Shown here one piece after another: positions 46,417 through 57,127 of a DNA stretch of 64,000 nucleotides (its first letter is position 1; the number at the start of each line of letters is the position of its first letter). Made by a program: the position numbers and the translations under genes. The DNA is from Phycisphaerae bacterium (GTDB lineage: Bacteria; Planctomycetota; Phycisphaerae; Phycisphaerales; UBA1924), in the NCBI GenBank assembly GCA_030429705.1, contig JAUIES010000002.1, positions 1 to 64,000 of the forward strand. Direction: 5' to 3'. The notes under the pieces were generated by a model, which was given only the letters and a program-made list of their open reading frames with translations, was not told the origin of the DNA and made no database searches.

Positions 46417-49335
46417 TTATTCAGCGATTTGACGCGCGATGAACTCAATCGGGTGTTCTGCTGATCGATTCGTGGCGTCTCTGATCTGATGCCGACACGA
46501 TGTGCCTGGCGCGATGACAGTCGCAGAGGCCGCAGCCCGAATCGCAGGAGCCAATGTTAGTTCTGCAATGTCCATCGAGAGATCGAAATGGGAATACCCG
46601 AATGACCCAGCCATTCCGCAGCAGCCGGTATCAGGTGTCAACACCAGACCGGTCGTCAACCGACCGAAGAGATCCGCAGTGATGTCAGTTCTCATGAGGG
46701 CCTTCTGGTGGCAATGCCCATGCAACAGCACATCGTCAGCACAATCTTTGACGACGGGTCGCTGTGGATGATCGCCCCACCTGGATCCGACGAAGACTTC
46801 GACAGCGAGCGTGTTGTCGGCAAGCATCTGGCGAACGCGCATCGGGCGATTGATCTTCAAAGACAGCCAATCATCGGCGATCACACTCTGGCATGATGGT
46901 TCGAGCGTCAGAATCGGCGAACCACCTGCAAGCCATGGCTCAAGCCGGTCGATTTCGCGTTCAGCACATGCGATCGCTTGTGGCAACAACCCCAGCGAAA
47001 TCGCCGCCCGCCCGAGATCAGTCGCGCAGACAAGTTCGACTCGATACCCACACGCCTCGAGAACCCTTCGTGCAGCCAGAGCGATCTGCGGCTCATTGTA
47101 CTGCGTGAAAGTATCTGCGAGCAGAACCACCGTGGGTGCGTCCGCCAGGGTATCCTGCGATCGGCTCCATTGGCGCATCAGTGGTGTGGCAAAGTTGGGA
47201 AGTAATCGCCGTGGGTCCACACCAAGCACGCGGCTTGTCACCACCCGAGCGAGCTGCGTCTTGTTGATCGCGTTCGTCAAACGCGGCGCAAGCGACGCAA
47301 GTCGATTCAGTTGATGTATGTTGGCAAGCACGCGTCGCCGAAAATCGGGGCCGCCATTGGCTCGGTCACTCTGCGCGATGTACTCCGCCTTGAGTCTGGC
47401 GATGTCCACATTGCTCGGGCATTCGGTCTTGCATGCTTTGCAACTCAGGCACAGGTCGAGTGTCGCCATGGTTTCAGCATCATTCCAAGGCTGGGTTTGG
47501 GTTGCTGACGATTGACCAGAGATCGCCAAACGGAGCGCATTGCCTCGTCCACGGGTCGAGTGTCGTTCATCGCGCGTCGCCATGTACGACGGGCACATCG
47601 TGCCGCCTGTTTTCTTGCGACAGACACCCGCCCCATTGCACATTTCGACCGCCGCACCGAATCCGTGCTGGTCAGAATAGTCATAGAAGGTTTCAATATC
47701 TGGAAAGGAGGTTTCCGCTTCTTTTGGCTTGACCCGCAGATGCGTGACCATGCTTTCGATCGGCCCAGGGCCGACGATATTGCCAGGGTTCAGGTGATTG
47801 TGCGGATCAAACGCAGTCTTCACATCCCGGAAGGCCCGCATGAGTTCCGGGCCATAGAACCGTTCGAGCAAAGGCCCGCGCACACGCCCATCGCCGTGCT
47901 CACCCGACATCACCCCCCCGAGATCGCGGGCCAGATCTGCGACCTCGACCGCAATCGACTGCATCACCAAGCGGTCCTGTTCACGGCGTATGTCGATGAG
48001 TGGTCGTACATGCAACACCCCGACCGAAGCGTGGGCAAAGAACGCAGCCCTGGTTCCGTGCTTTTCGACGATCGTACGAAAACGGCGCACAAACTCGGCC
48101 AGTCGCTCCGGAGGAACGGCGTTGTCTTCAACGAAAGTGATTGGCTTCCGATCACCCGGAATGCCGTGCAACAGCGGCTCACCTGCCTTACGCAACTTCC
48201 ACGCACGCAGCATCGCCTGGGCATCCGTGTGCCACGCCATGCGATCGGGCTCGACAATCGACCGCAACGCCATTGCATATCCATCCAGTTCCCCAGCCTG
48301 ATGAATCGCCGAGAACTCGACATACAGCACCGCCTGCGGACTTCGCCCGTCCTTGCTCGGCAGCAGATCCACATACCGGCGATATTCCGGCTGCGCGCTC
48401 GCAAGATTGATCACCATGTCATCGAGCAACTCGACCGCTGAGGGCTTGAGTTCAAGAATCGGGAGCAGCGCGTCCATCGCGTGGTCGACTGTGTCAAATG
48501 CAACGACCGCCAGCCCGCGGGCTACCGGGATCGGGTGCAGCAGCAATTCCGCTTCGAGCGTCACCGCAAGCGTCCCTTCCGAGCCGCATAGCAACTTGGC
48601 GAGATTTACGCTCGACAAGTCGCCAGGGTCGCGATCGAGTTGTTCGAGAATCAGGTCGAGCCCGTAGCCGGCGTTGCGACGCACTGTTTTTGGAAAGCGA
48701 TCTCGAATCAACTGTTCATGAGCGCGCACGATCGCGACGACACGCTCGGTGATGGCGCGCACACGCTCGTCATGATTCGCAGCCCCTTCATAAAAATCGA
48801 GAACAGTGCCGTCGGCCAAACACGATCGAATCGCAGAAACACTCTCTGAGGTTCGGCCATACACGATCGACCGAGCACCCGCCGCGTTGTTCCCGATACA
48901 CCCGCCAATCGCAGCCTGTTTGCTGGTCGCCGGATCGGGTGCAAAGAACAAGCCTGAGTCTCGAATCTGAGCATTCAGATCATCAATCGTCAACCCCGGT
49001 TCGACGCGGCAGCGTCGGGCATTCGTATCGAGTTCGAGCAATCTGGTACAGCGTGCCGAGAGATCAAGAACGACGGCGCGATTCGTGCATTGCCCCGCGA
49101 GGCTCGTGCCGCCGCCACGGGGTAGGATGGCAAGACCATGCTGGGCGCACACTCGCACCGCTCTCGCGGCATCGTCGACCGACGACGGGATGATCACCGC
49201 GAGAGGTTCAACCTGATACAGCGACGCATCCGTGGCGTACAGCAACCGGTCGTGGAGGCCCGGGCGGACCTCGCCTTCGATCGCGGACGACAGAATACGG
49301 ACGATGGCATCACTCAATGCGGTGGTGGTGGACAT
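46417..49335 (-). CDS. FAD-binding (GlcD-like) plus Fe-S cluster (GlcF-like, CCG domains) fusion oxidoreductase
   Basis: 972 aa. FAD-binding PCMH region at the N-terminus. Two CxxCxxC...CP-type Cys clusters in the C-terminal half. Confidence 0.8.
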   Translation of the reverse strand: MSTTTALSDAIVRILSSAIEGEVRPGLHDRLLYATDASLYQVEPLAVIIPSSVDDAARAVRVCAQHGLAILPRGGGTSLAGQCTNRAVVLDLSARCTRLLELDTNARRCRVEPGLTIDDLNAQIRDSGLFFAPDPATSKQAAIGGCIGNNAAGARSIVYGRTSESVSAIRSCLADGTVLDFYEGAANHDERVRAITERVVAIVRAHEQLIRDRFPKTVRRNAGYGLDLILEQLDRDPGDLSSVNLAKLLCGSEGTLAVTLEAELLLHPIPVARGLAVVAFDTVDHAMDALLPILELKPSAVELLDDMVINLASAQPEYRRYVDLLPSKDGRSPQAVLYVEFSAIHQAGELDGYAMALRSIVEPDRMAWHTDAQAMLRAWKLRKAGEPLLHGIPGDRKPITFVEDNAVPPERLAEFVRRFRTIVEKHGTRAAFFAHASVGVLHVRPLIDIRREQDRLVMQSIAVEVADLARDLGGVMSGEHGDGRVRGPLLERFYGPELMRAFRDVKTAFDPHNHLNPGNIVGPGPIESMVTHLRVKPKEAETSFPDIETFYDYSDQHGFGAAVEMCNGAGVCRKKTGGTMCPSYMATRDERHSTRGRGNALRLAISGQSSATQTQPWNDAETMATLDLCLSCKACKTECPSNVDIARLKAEYIAQSDRANGGPDFRRRVLANIHQLNRLASLAPRLTNAINKTQLARVVTSRVLGVDPRRLLPNFATPLMRQWSRSQDTLADAPTVVLLADTFTQYNEPQIALAARRVLEACGYRVELVCATDLGRAAISLGLLPQAIACAEREIDRLEPWLAGGSPILTLEPSCQSVIADDWLSLKINRPMRVRQMLADNTLAVEVFVGSRWGDHPQRPVVKDCADDVLLHGHCHQKALMRTDITADLFGRLTTGLVLTPDTGCCGMAGSFGYSHFDLSMDIAELTLAPAIRAAASATVIAPGTSCRHQIRDATNRSAEHPIEFIARQIAE

Positions 49336-49462
49336 GCAATGGCACTATATCGACCGTCACGGGTCTGTCACTTCACCCCCGAATTGGGATCCGTTTCGAC
49401 CTTCAAGCCGATAGATTGAATACACCAAACACCTTTGAGCCAGTTGGTTCAGGAGCACAATC

Positions 49463-51547
49463 ATGCATCTCACCCTTCCAAAACGGCATCGAGCACTCAT
49501 GACCACTTTCGCCATTTGTGGCCTCGCTGCGGGCGCTCTCGCGCAAGCGAGCGAACAGGCAGGACTGCCGGTCAACAACATTACCCTGTATCGATCCGGC
49601 GTTGGGTATTTCGAGCGGGCCGGACTCATCGATGGCGACCGAACGGTCCAACTCCGTTTCGGGACCGACCAGATCAACGACATTCTCAAATCCATGGTGT
49701 TGCTTGATCTCGACGGTGGCATGATCGAAGCCGCCAGTTATGGCAGCAAAGAACCGCTCGCACGGCGACTTGCCAGTTTCGCGGTCGATGTTTCTGATAA
49801 CCCGCCCATGTGGGAACTGCTCAACCGGCTGCGCGGAGCCCGCGTCAGTGTCGAGACCCTCGATGGCGAGACGGCAGGTGTCGTCGTCGGCGTCGAACGA
49901 CGCGAAGTGTCTGTGGGTGATTCAACCGTCATCGATCGCCCGTTTGTCAACCTCGTCACAGATGCTGGTATTGAGAGTGTCGATCTTGCCAAAGTGAGTG
50001 GCATGAAGATTCTCGATGAGCAACTCGCGCGTGAACTGTCCAAAGCCCTTGCGGCGCTAGCGGAGCATCGGGCTGACAACACGAAGACGGTGGACTTGTC
50101 ATTCCGCGGCGACGGCGCTCGCCGCATTGTCGTGGCGTATGTCCACGAGATGCCGGTATGGAAGACGAGTTACCGGCTTGTGCTCTCGGAGAGCGGCGAG
50201 CCGACGCTGCAGGGGTGGGCGATTGTTGAAAACACCACCGATGAAGATTGGGATGATGTCTCGCTGTCGCTAGTGGCCGGTCAGCCAGTCGGGTTCAGAA
50301 TGGACCTCTATCAACCGTTGTTCCTGGCGAGGCCTGAGATTGCCGTACCGGTGACAGCAGGAGTCATGCCCAAGGCGTATGAGGGTGAAGCGGTGGATTG
50401 GGATGCAGTGGCTGCCAAGGCCGCAGCGCCAGAACCAAGACGAATCATGGCAGGCCGAAGCGGCGTGAACGGTCAGCCTTTCCAGAGTACGGGCAATGCG
50501 GACCGTGCCAGATTCGCTGCGGAGGCGCTCTCACTATCTGCCGACGACATGGCGGGTTACGCCGCTCAGGCACAAGCCAGTGCTGCGGAAGTCGGCGAGG
50601 TCTTTCAGTACAAACTGGATCAACCAGTCTCGATCGACCGTCGTCGATCGGCCATGCTGCCGATTCTTTCTGCGGCCATCGAAGGGCGGCGCGTCAGCAT
50701 CTTCAACCGCAACGATGGCATGACGCATCCGATGCGCGGTGTGGATATCAAAAATACCTCCGGCTTGCAACTCATGCCCGGGCCGATCAGCGTGTTTGAT
50801 GAAGCCGCCTACGCTGGCGATGCCCAGATTTCGCATGTCGCTGCTGGTGACGAGCGATTGCTTGCCTACGCGGTCGATCTGCAAGTCCTCGTCAACACCG
50901 AGGACAAGTATGACTCGAATCTCGTAACCCTGCGCATCGTCAACGGCACGGTCGAGGAAACCCGCAAGGCCCGCCAGACCGTGAAGTACACCTTTAAAAA
51001 CAGCGACGAAAAACGCAACCGCACCATCGTCGTCGAGCAACCGAAACAAGGCGGATGGGACCTTGTCAAACCCGCCAAGGCCGAATCGGAAACCCAGACC
51101 GGGTACCGCTTCGAGGTCGAAGTCGACGGCGGAGGCGCAGCCGGGCTCGAAGTCGTGTTTGAACGCACCGAGAAGCAGACCATCGCGGTGACTTCATACA
51201 ACATCAACACGCTGCTCGTCCATGCCCGCAACGGCAAGGCATCTGACGAAGTTGTCAAGGCGGTGCGCGAAGCCGCGCGTCTGATGGCGGCCGTGCGTCA
51301 AGTCGAACAAAAAATCAATGAGACCGAGCAAGAACGCAATGAGATTACGAGCGATCAGTCTCGTGTCCGCGAGAACATGGCTCGCATCGATCGCAACACC
51401 GATCTGTATGCTCGGTACATCAAGAAACTGGACACTCAGGAAACACGACTCGAACAGATCGTCGACGAGTTAGAAGCGCTTCAGACCGAGCGGAACAGCC
51501 GGCAAAAGGCGCTCAACGACTACATCGGACGGCTGAATATCAGTTGA
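49463..51547 (+). CDS. DUF4140/DUF4139 (MuiA-like) domain protein with C-terminal coiled coil
   Basis: Signal peptide. N-terminal ITLYRSGVGYFERAG matches the DUF4140 start. Confidence 0.55.
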   Translation: MHLTLPKRHRALMTTFAICGLAAGALAQASEQAGLPVNNITLYRSGVGYFERAGLIDGDRTVQLRFGTDQINDILKSMVLLDLDGGMIEAASYGSKEPLARRLASFAVDVSDNPPMWELLNRLRGARVSVETLDGETAGVVVGVERREVSVGDSTVIDRPFVNLVTDAGIESVDLAKVSGMKILDEQLARELSKALAALAEHRADNTKTVDLSFRGDGARRIVVAYVHEMPVWKTSYRLVLSESGEPTLQGWAIVENTTDEDWDDVSLSLVAGQPVGFRMDLYQPLFLARPEIAVPVTAGVMPKAYEGEAVDWDAVAAKAAAPEPRRIMAGRSGVNGQPFQSTGNADRARFAAEALSLSADDMAGYAAQAQASAAEVGEVFQYKLDQPVSIDRRRSAMLPILSAAIEGRRVSIFNRNDGMTHPMRGVDIKNTSGLQLMPGPISVFDEAAYAGDAQISHVAAGDERLLAYAVDLQVLVNTEDKYDSNLVTLRIVNGTVEETRKARQTVKYTFKNSDEKRNRTIVVEQPKQGGWDLVKPAKAESETQTGYRFEVEVDGGGAAGLEVVFERTEKQTIAVTSYNINTLLVHARNGKASDEVVKAVREAARLMAAVRQVEQKINETEQERNEITSDQSRVRENMARIDRNTDLYARYIKKLDTQETRLEQIVDELEALQTERNSRQKALNDYIGRLNIS

Positions 51548-51713
51548 TTGGTTCGGATGCGACGAGGATTCCGATCAGCGAAAATTTGATCCCCTCGATG
51601 ACGCCTTGGTCGCTTGCGATCGGGGCGTCATCTTTGCGCGGGCTCGTTCTGCCACCTGTTGCCCGTCCCCTTCTACACTTCTACAGACATCAACACTCAC
51701 CGGAGGAATCGTC

Positions 51714-52400
51714 ATGGCTATTGAAGTCGAGTTTCTTGGGCATTCCGGGTTCATCCTTCGTGGCGCCGAAGGCACCGTCGTCATCGACCCGTTTCTGACC
51801 GGCAACCCGGTCGCCGTGAAAAAGGCGGGAGAGGTCCAGTGCAACTATGTCGCGCTCACACACGGCCACGAAGACCACTTCGGTGACACGCTCAGCATTG
51901 CCAAATCCAACAACGCCAAAGTCATCGCTGCGTACGAAATCTGTGAGTATCTCGGTGCCGAGGGTGTCCACACCGAGCCTGCCAACCCGGGCGGTCGCAT
52001 TGAGACAGACTTCGGCTGGGTCGCACTCACGCAGGCGTTTCACTCGTCGAGTTACAAGGGCCAGTACATGGGCATGCCGTGCGGGGTCGTGGTGCATTTC
52101 AAAGCCGAGTCGTTTACGCTTTTCCACCTTGGTGATACCGCACTCTTCAGCGATCTGAAACTCATCGGCGAGATGTATCGCCCGGATGTTGCATGCATCC
52201 CCGTCGGCGATCGATTCACGATGGGCCCCGAGGCTGGGAAACTGGCGGCCGAAATGATCAAGCCGCGCGTCGCAATCCCGATCCACTGGGGAACATTCGA
52301 CGCGCTGGCGCAAGATATCTCCGCGTTCAAGCCGGATGGGGTTGAAGTGCGGCAAATGAAGGCTGGGGAGATGGTGAAACTGGGGGGGGTCGCAGGTTGA
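51714..52400 (+). CDS. UPF0173-family metallo-beta-lactamase-fold hydrolase
   Basis: SD GGAGGA. LTHGHEDHFGD motif. Confidence 0.8.
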   Translation: MAIEVEFLGHSGFILRGAEGTVVIDPFLTGNPVAVKKAGEVQCNYVALTHGHEDHFGDTLSIAKSNNAKVIAAYEICEYLGAEGVHTEPANPGGRIETDFGWVALTQAFHSSSYKGQYMGMPCGVVVHFKAESFTLFHLGDTALFSDLKLIGEMYRPDVACIPVGDRFTMGPEAGKLAAEMIKPRVAIPIHWGTFDALAQDISAFKPDGVEVRQMKAGEMVKLGGVAG

Positions 52401-52429
52401 CCTAGTTCCAGTCCTTGAGACGAGTCAAT

Positions 52430-52636
52430 CTATTCGTCTCGTTCCTCGACGATGTTCTCGCGTTTCTCATCATACACATAGGTTTTGCCCGGCTGCTCAC
52501 TGGTTTTGCAGGCCTTGTGGGCACCGTCACAGAACGGCATGTTTTTGCTCAGGCCGCACCCACAGACGAAAACGGGTTTGTCCTGTGGATCAATTCGGTA
52601 CGGGCCATCGGCTTCGAGTCTGACATAGCGTGGCAT
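52430..52636 (-). CDS. CDGSH iron-sulfur domain protein
   Basis: Motif VCGCGLSKNMPFCDGAHK. Confidence 0.75.
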   Translation of the reverse strand: MPRYVRLEADGPYRIDPQDKPVFVCGCGLSKNMPFCDGAHKACKTSEQPGKTYVYDEKRENIVEERDE

Positions 52637-52696
52637 TGTCGTGCTTTCTATTCTGGAGGGGACACCAGCCTGAGGCCGGAGTCACTCGGATCGTGT

Positions 52697-53626
52697 TCAC
52701 ATCGGGCTGGCGACTTCGTTGGTAATCTGCCGAAGCACATCCGCAGCCATCTGCCAGTTCCGTCCCGCACCATACGACCTCGTGATGAGTCGATGAGCGC
52801 CGACCTGAACCAGATTGTCGAGGATGTCTTCTGGCACGCAATAGTCGCGGTCGGCGAGGACGGCTGTCGCTCGGGCCGCCTGGGCGAGCGCCAAAGTCCC
52901 GCGCGGGCTGATACCGACTTGAATCTCATCGTGGTGTCGTGTGCGGGCAGCGAGTTCGACGATGTACGCACGCAATGATGCTTCAATCTTGACCTGATCG
53001 GCGCGCTCTTGCAGTTGGATCACCTCTTCGTGCGTGATTGCAGGTTCGAGATCACGAAGAACATTCTGTGCCGGCCGAAGATCGAGCATGTGCGATTCAA
53101 CCGATGCGTCGGGGTACCCAAGCGCAATACGCATGAGAAAGCGATCAAGTTGATTCTCTGGTAGCAGGTATGTGCCTTCAAAGTCGTACGGGTTCTGCGT
53201 GGCGAGCACCATGAACGGCGAAGGCAGTTTGTGGGGCACGCCGTCGATCGTGACCTGGCCTTCATTCATGGCTTCAAGGAGAGCGGTCTGCGTGCGCGGC
53301 GTGGTTCGGTTGATTTCGTCCGCGAGAACAACGCTCGCGAAGATCGGTCCGGGTTTGAATTGAAACTCGCCAGTATCGCGATTGAAAATGCTGACACCGA
53401 TCAAGTCCGCCGGCAAAAGGTCGGGCGTGAGTTGAATTCGGGAGAATGTCGAGTCGACGCTGCGAGCGAGAGCCGAAGCGAGCACGGTCTTGCCCACGCC
53501 CGGCACATCTTCGATGAGTGCGTGCCCACGGGCGAGCAAGCAGCAAATCAGCCGGTCGATGGGCTCGGTGCTGCCGAGAAAGGCCTGGGCTATATTCTGT
53601 CGAAGTCGATCAATCTTGTCTTGCAT
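52697..53626 (-). CDS. MoxR-family AAA+ ATPase
   Basis: Walker A GVGKT. AAA_3-type sequence (VLADEINR; VLATQNP). Confidence 0.85.
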   Translation of the reverse strand: MQDKIDRLRQNIAQAFLGSTEPIDRLICCLLARGHALIEDVPGVGKTVLASALARSVDSTFSRIQLTPDLLPADLIGVSIFNRDTGEFQFKPGPIFASVVLADEINRTTPRTQTALLEAMNEGQVTIDGVPHKLPSPFMVLATQNPYDFEGTYLLPENQLDRFLMRIALGYPDASVESHMLDLRPAQNVLRDLEPAITHEEVIQLQERADQVKIEASLRAYIVELAARTRHHDEIQVGISPRGTLALAQAARATAVLADRDYCVPEDILDNLVQVGAHRLITRSYGAGRNWQMAADVLRQITNEVASPM

Positions 53627-53664
53627 TCTGATTCCCTTCCTGGGTCAAGAGTATAAGCCATCGT

Positions 53665-54690
53665 TTGGGTGTCGCACCGCATCGTCAATCCGCTATGCTG
53701 GCATGGAAAGGCAGTGGGGAAGAACCGGCGTTGACAGATGCGAACCCAAATCACGAGCCTCAAACCGATGACGCGTCCACATCGGCGCGTATCGGGGAGC
53801 AGGATCTGGCCCGTGTGTTGACGGGCGATCTGCCATGTGCGCGCTGCCAGTACAACTTGCGCGGGTTGAGCATCTTGCATGTGTGCGGCGAGTGTGGACT
53901 GCCCGTCAAAGCGACGCTGCTCGCGGTGATCGATCCGCGTGCCGATGAGTTGCGCGAGATCGAACACCCGACGATCATGCAAGTCGGTTTGCTCGCCTGG
54001 GCCGTTTGTGCTTTTATCGCGAGCATCTTGCTCTGGTTGATCAGACTTCCCGAGTTGTTCGATCGATTCAACATCGCTTTTCAAACACCGTCGTGGTTCA
54101 AGATTTTTGCTGTCGTGTGTATTGCGCTGAGCGGGCTGGGTGCGAGTGTGCTGATTCGGCCTCACGCCGGCATCAGTCGTCGCGATGCTTGGCGTGCCGT
54201 CTTTGGTGTCGCTTGTTACACGCCGCTCGCGGTGTGTGTGTGGGTGATCGCTGACCAAATCGATGCAGGCCGATTGACGGTATATCTGAATTCGAATGAT
54301 GCCGACCCGGCCCGAAGTGCTTTGCGATTGGTCTGCGGGCTCGCAATCATCGGCATTGCCTTGTCGCTGCGCCCGAACGCATTGCGGATTGCTGTGCGCA
54401 GTGTGCTCGTGCGCACCGGTCGTGTCGATCGTCAGCCCATGACTGCGCTTGCTGCCGCTGCAGGGCTTGCGATGTTTGGTGATGTCCTTCATCTGGTCAG
54501 TCCATACGCACCAAACGCGGTGGGGGATCTGCTGCATGTCGGTGGCGTAGTCGCAATTGCCGCGGGTTCTGTTCTCTTGACGATGGGCCTGTTCGGCATG
54601 ATGATGGATGTCTGGAGGCTTCGTCCATTGATCGCGGCTCCGGGGATTGGGCTCGTGGATATTTTTGAACCTGACGAGACGGACACATGA
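53665..54690 (+). CDS. membrane protein with N-terminal zinc-ribbon (CxxC...CxxC)
   Basis: CARCQYN...CGECG then about 7 TM helices. Stop overlaps the next gene's start. Confidence 0.55.
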   Translation: MGVAPHRQSAMLAWKGSGEEPALTDANPNHEPQTDDASTSARIGEQDLARVLTGDLPCARCQYNLRGLSILHVCGECGLPVKATLLAVIDPRADELREIEHPTIMQVGLLAWAVCAFIASILLWLIRLPELFDRFNIAFQTPSWFKIFAVVCIALSGLGASVLIRPHAGISRRDAWRAVFGVACYTPLAVCVWVIADQIDAGRLTVYLNSNDADPARSALRLVCGLAIIGIALSLRPNALRIAVRSVLVRTGRVDRQPMTALAAAAGLAMFGDVLHLVSPYAPNAVGDLLHVGGVVAIAAGSVLLTMGLFGMMMDVWRLRPLIAAPGIGLVDIFEPDETDT

Positions 54691-55091
54691 AGAGCGCAGA
54701 TGCGGAACTATTTGACGCAATGCTCGAACAGGAGATTGAGGCGTTGCCAGAGGCGCTGCGCCAACTCGTTGCCAACCATGTGGCGGTCGTCGTCCTCGAT
54801 CGGCCCGATGCGGCCATGCTCGCCGAACTCGATATGACCGAGGACGAAGCCCTCGACCTGTGCGGGCTGCACACGGGGATTGGTGCGACCGATCGCAGCA
54901 TCGAAGATGATCTGGTGTTGCCTTCGCAGATCCATCTGTTTCGCGATGGTATCGCTGCCTTGGCGGGCGGCATGGACGGTCAAGCCGCCATCGAACGCGT
55001 GCGAACGCAAATCCGAATCACGCTATTGCACGAAATCGGGCATGAGTTCGGGCTCGATGAAGAGCAACTGGGTGAGTTGGGTTACGACTAA
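54687..55091 (+). CDS. DUF1025-type putative zinc metallopeptidase (HExxH)
   Basis: HEIGHEFGL motif. ATGA overlap with the upstream gene. Confidence 0.65.
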   Translation: MKSADAELFDAMLEQEIEALPEALRQLVANHVAVVVLDRPDAAMLAELDMTEDEALDLCGLHTGIGATDRSIEDDLVLPSQIHLFRDGIAALAGGMDGQAAIERVRTQIRITLLHEIGHEFGLDEEQLGELGYD

Positions 55092-55194
55092 CAAGTCGTC
55101 CGAAGATTTGAATGCATGTGACTTGGCATTCACCAACCGTACAATCGTCGCAGTTGAGTTTGATGCCAATCGTGTCGTGAAAGGAAACGAGATC

Positions 55195-57030
55195 ATGATG
55201 AAGAAGTGGAATCGAATGTTGCCAAGTCTTGCGTGCGCAGCCTCGCAAATCGCTCTGTGTGGAATTGCAGCCAACGCCGCGTCGGGGGACACCGAGCACG
55301 CACCCACTTCTGAAATCGCCTGGCTTGAACTGAGCGGTACACCCACCGAGGCAGCAGGACCCTTTGCCTGGCTTGGCATGAGTGACGGCGAAACACTGCG
55401 CAGCCTCGTCGAACGGATCGACGAAGTTGCCTATGACGACTCGATCGATGGCCTGGTGATCCGCGTCAAGGATGCAGCCATCGGTGTCACACAGATTCAG
55501 GAGATCGGGCGCGCCATGAATCGCCTTCGCGAGGCCGGCAAGAAGACGCACATCTTTGCTGAGAACTACAACACCTCTGAACTCTTGCTTGGTGCGTACG
55601 CAGACGAAGTCATCGTGCAATCCGGTGGCACCGTGTCGCTCCCCGGGATGCACATGGAGGAGATGTTCCTGCGCGACACACTCGACTGGATCGGTGTGAA
55701 GCCGGACTACGTCCAGATCGGTGACTACAAAGGCGCCGAAGAGCAGATGATGAACGCAGCACCGAGTGAGGCTTGGAACGAAAACATCACCGGCTTGCTC
55801 GACAGCATGTACGGCAACATGCAGGAGATGTTGCAGGCCGGGTACGGTTTCGATGCAAACGAACTCGATCGGGTGATGAAGAAAGCCTGGTGGGCATCAG
55901 ACAAACAAGGCATCGAGTTGGGGCTCATCGATGCGGCGGTCGATCTGCCAGATCTGATTGACCACCTCGGCGTGCGCTATGGGCAGGATGTTGAAGTTGC
56001 GCTCGACCTGAACGAACAGGCTGGAGGAATCGAAATCGACATGGCCAATCCGTTCGCGATGCTCTCCATGTTTTCGCAAGAACCGAATCACACCGCACGC
56101 CGACCCACGATCGCAATCTTGCACATCGACGGCGCCATCGTTGACGGCGACTCGACAGCCGGTGGTTTTCTTGGGGGGGCGAGTGTCGGTAGCCGAACGA
56201 TCCGGAACGCCATCGAGGACATTCTTGATCAGGACATGATCAAGGGCGTTGTGGTCCGCATCGATTCGCCCGGCGGATCTGCCATCGCCAGCGAGATCAT
56301 CTGGCAAGGCATCGAGCGATTGCGCGAAGAGAAGCCGGTTTGGGTCAGCGTCGGCTCGATGGCCGCATCAGGTGGATACTACATCGCCGTCGGTGGCGAG
56401 AAGATCTACGCCGAACAGTCCAGCATCGTCGGTTCGATCGGCGTGGTCGGCGGGAAACTGGCGATGGAGGGTGTGTATGACAAACTCAACATTCGCATCG
56501 TCGAACGCAACCGGGGTCCCATGGCGAGCCTCAACAGCACGCTCAAACCCTGGTCGTCAACCGAACGCGAGTTGATCCGCGCCAAGATGCAGGAAACCTA
56601 CGACCAGTTCACCGGTCATGTTGTCGATGGTCGACCCGGTATCGATCTGAACAAAACGGCTGAAGGCAGGCTCTTTACAGGGAACAAGGCCAAGGACCTG
56701 AACATGGTTGATGCGATCGGCGGCCTCGACGACGCGATGCACGAGTTGGCAGCCGACATCGGCATGGACGATTTTGAGGTACTCGAGTTCCCAGGGCCGC
56801 TGAGTTTCGATGAACTGCTCTCCGACATGCTGGGTGGGTTCATCCGATCACCGGGCGTGACGAATGGCGCACAGCACGGGGCTCAAGCACTGGCAGCCGC
56901 CATGTTGACCCTGCGCGAAGTGCTCGGACCACAACGATTCGAGATGGTCCGCGATGCGATCAACGCCAACTTGCAAATGCGCGACGAGCCCGTGCTGATG
57001 ACCATGCCGAGCATCATCATGTTTAAGTAA
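55195..57030 (+). CDS. sppA: signal peptide peptidase SppA (S49, 67K type)
   Basis: Signal peptide. Two S49 ClpP-like halves (SPGGSAIASE; GSMAASGGYYIA). Confidence 0.8.
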   Translation: MMKKWNRMLPSLACAASQIALCGIAANAASGDTEHAPTSEIAWLELSGTPTEAAGPFAWLGMSDGETLRSLVERIDEVAYDDSIDGLVIRVKDAAIGVTQIQEIGRAMNRLREAGKKTHIFAENYNTSELLLGAYADEVIVQSGGTVSLPGMHMEEMFLRDTLDWIGVKPDYVQIGDYKGAEEQMMNAAPSEAWNENITGLLDSMYGNMQEMLQAGYGFDANELDRVMKKAWWASDKQGIELGLIDAAVDLPDLIDHLGVRYGQDVEVALDLNEQAGGIEIDMANPFAMLSMFSQEPNHTARRPTIAILHIDGAIVDGDSTAGGFLGGASVGSRTIRNAIEDILDQDMIKGVVVRIDSPGGSAIASEIIWQGIERLREEKPVWVSVGSMAASGGYYIAVGGEKIYAEQSSIVGSIGVVGGKLAMEGVYDKLNIRIVERNRGPMASLNSTLKPWSSTERELIRAKMQETYDQFTGHVVDGRPGIDLNKTAEGRLFTGNKAKDLNMVDAIGGLDDAMHELAADIGMDDFEVLEFPGPLSFDELLSDMLGGFIRSPGVTNGAQHGAQALAAAMLTLREVLGPQRFEMVRDAINANLQMRDEPVLMTMPSIIMFK

Positions 57031-57127
57031 TCAGTTCAGTCCATCCAGATTGATACCCGGTTGCGTCGCAGCCGGGTATTTTTTCATTTTGACGCAGCCA
57101 CCCTGCTTCGTCTTCGCAGTCGCCTGA

